This document shows positions 63,755-64,000 of a stretch of DNA of 64,000 bases, piece after piece. The notes below the pieces were generated by a model. That model was not told the DNA's origin and did no database searches. It worked only from the letters and a program-made list of their open reading frames with translations. The position numbers and the translations under genes are program-made. This DNA comes from a phage, in assembly GCA_012212665.1 (NCBI GenBank), contig GCA_012212665.1_4517.1; one strand, given 5' to 3'. The first letter of the stretch is position 1. Each line of letters begins with the position of its first letter.

Positions 63755-64000
63755 AACATATCCTCTTTGATTTGTACATCATTATTTTTAAATATTTCTA
63801 TGCCCTCAGTAGGTTCCTAGTGTCCTTCTTTGAGGTAAGCCATATGATTATTCATCTTTATGGCTTTTGTTACCTCAGGACTTCCTGTAAGCTTATTTCA
63901 GTAAAGTTACTTCAGAGATTTCCTCCCAACCATCTTTATCAGTTGAAATAAAATCTGCTACATAAAGAGCCGTACGTAATGATACATTGCGAAGACGAGA

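Overview
This window is a gene-dense early/middle region of a T-even (T4-like, Tevenvirinae) phage genome, transcribed almost entirely on the minus strand. It runs in T4 map order: tail-fibre genes 37 (partial) and 38, holin t (plus strand, late), then asiA, motA, topoisomerase gene 52, ndd, rIIB, rIIA, a fused topoisomerase gene 39, dexA, dda, modA/modB, soc, 56, 61, sp, dmd, 41, 40, uvsX, 42, 43, regA, 62, 44, 45, rpbA, 46, 47, 55, nrdH, nrdG, nrdD, 49 and nrdC. All protein calls rest on reading the translated ORFs and on remembered T4 sequences and synteny, not on a database search. The most interesting feature is what is missing and what replaces it: no alpha- or beta-glucosyltransferase is present, but the uvsX-43 interval carries dCMP hydroxymethylase together with a pentose-activation gene set (SIS-domain arabinose-5-phosphate isomerase, HAD phosphatase, fused sugar nucleotidyltransferase/anomeric kinase, P-loop kinase, a Cys-rich enzyme and an unknown 299-aa protein), and a GT-B glycosyltransferase sits between rIIA and gene 39. 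Together these predict a non-glucose, probably arabinosyl-type, hypermodification of hydroxymethylcytosine DNA, as reported for RB69-like phages. Other notable points are the absence of introns, homing endonucleases and the gene 60 split, families of conserved early promoters (GTTTAC -35), MotA-box middle promoters fused to UUCG-tetraloop terminators, TATAAATA late promoters, tandem paralogue arrays and several unannotated ORFs under 60 aa. No tRNA, rRNA, CRISPR array or transposable element was found.
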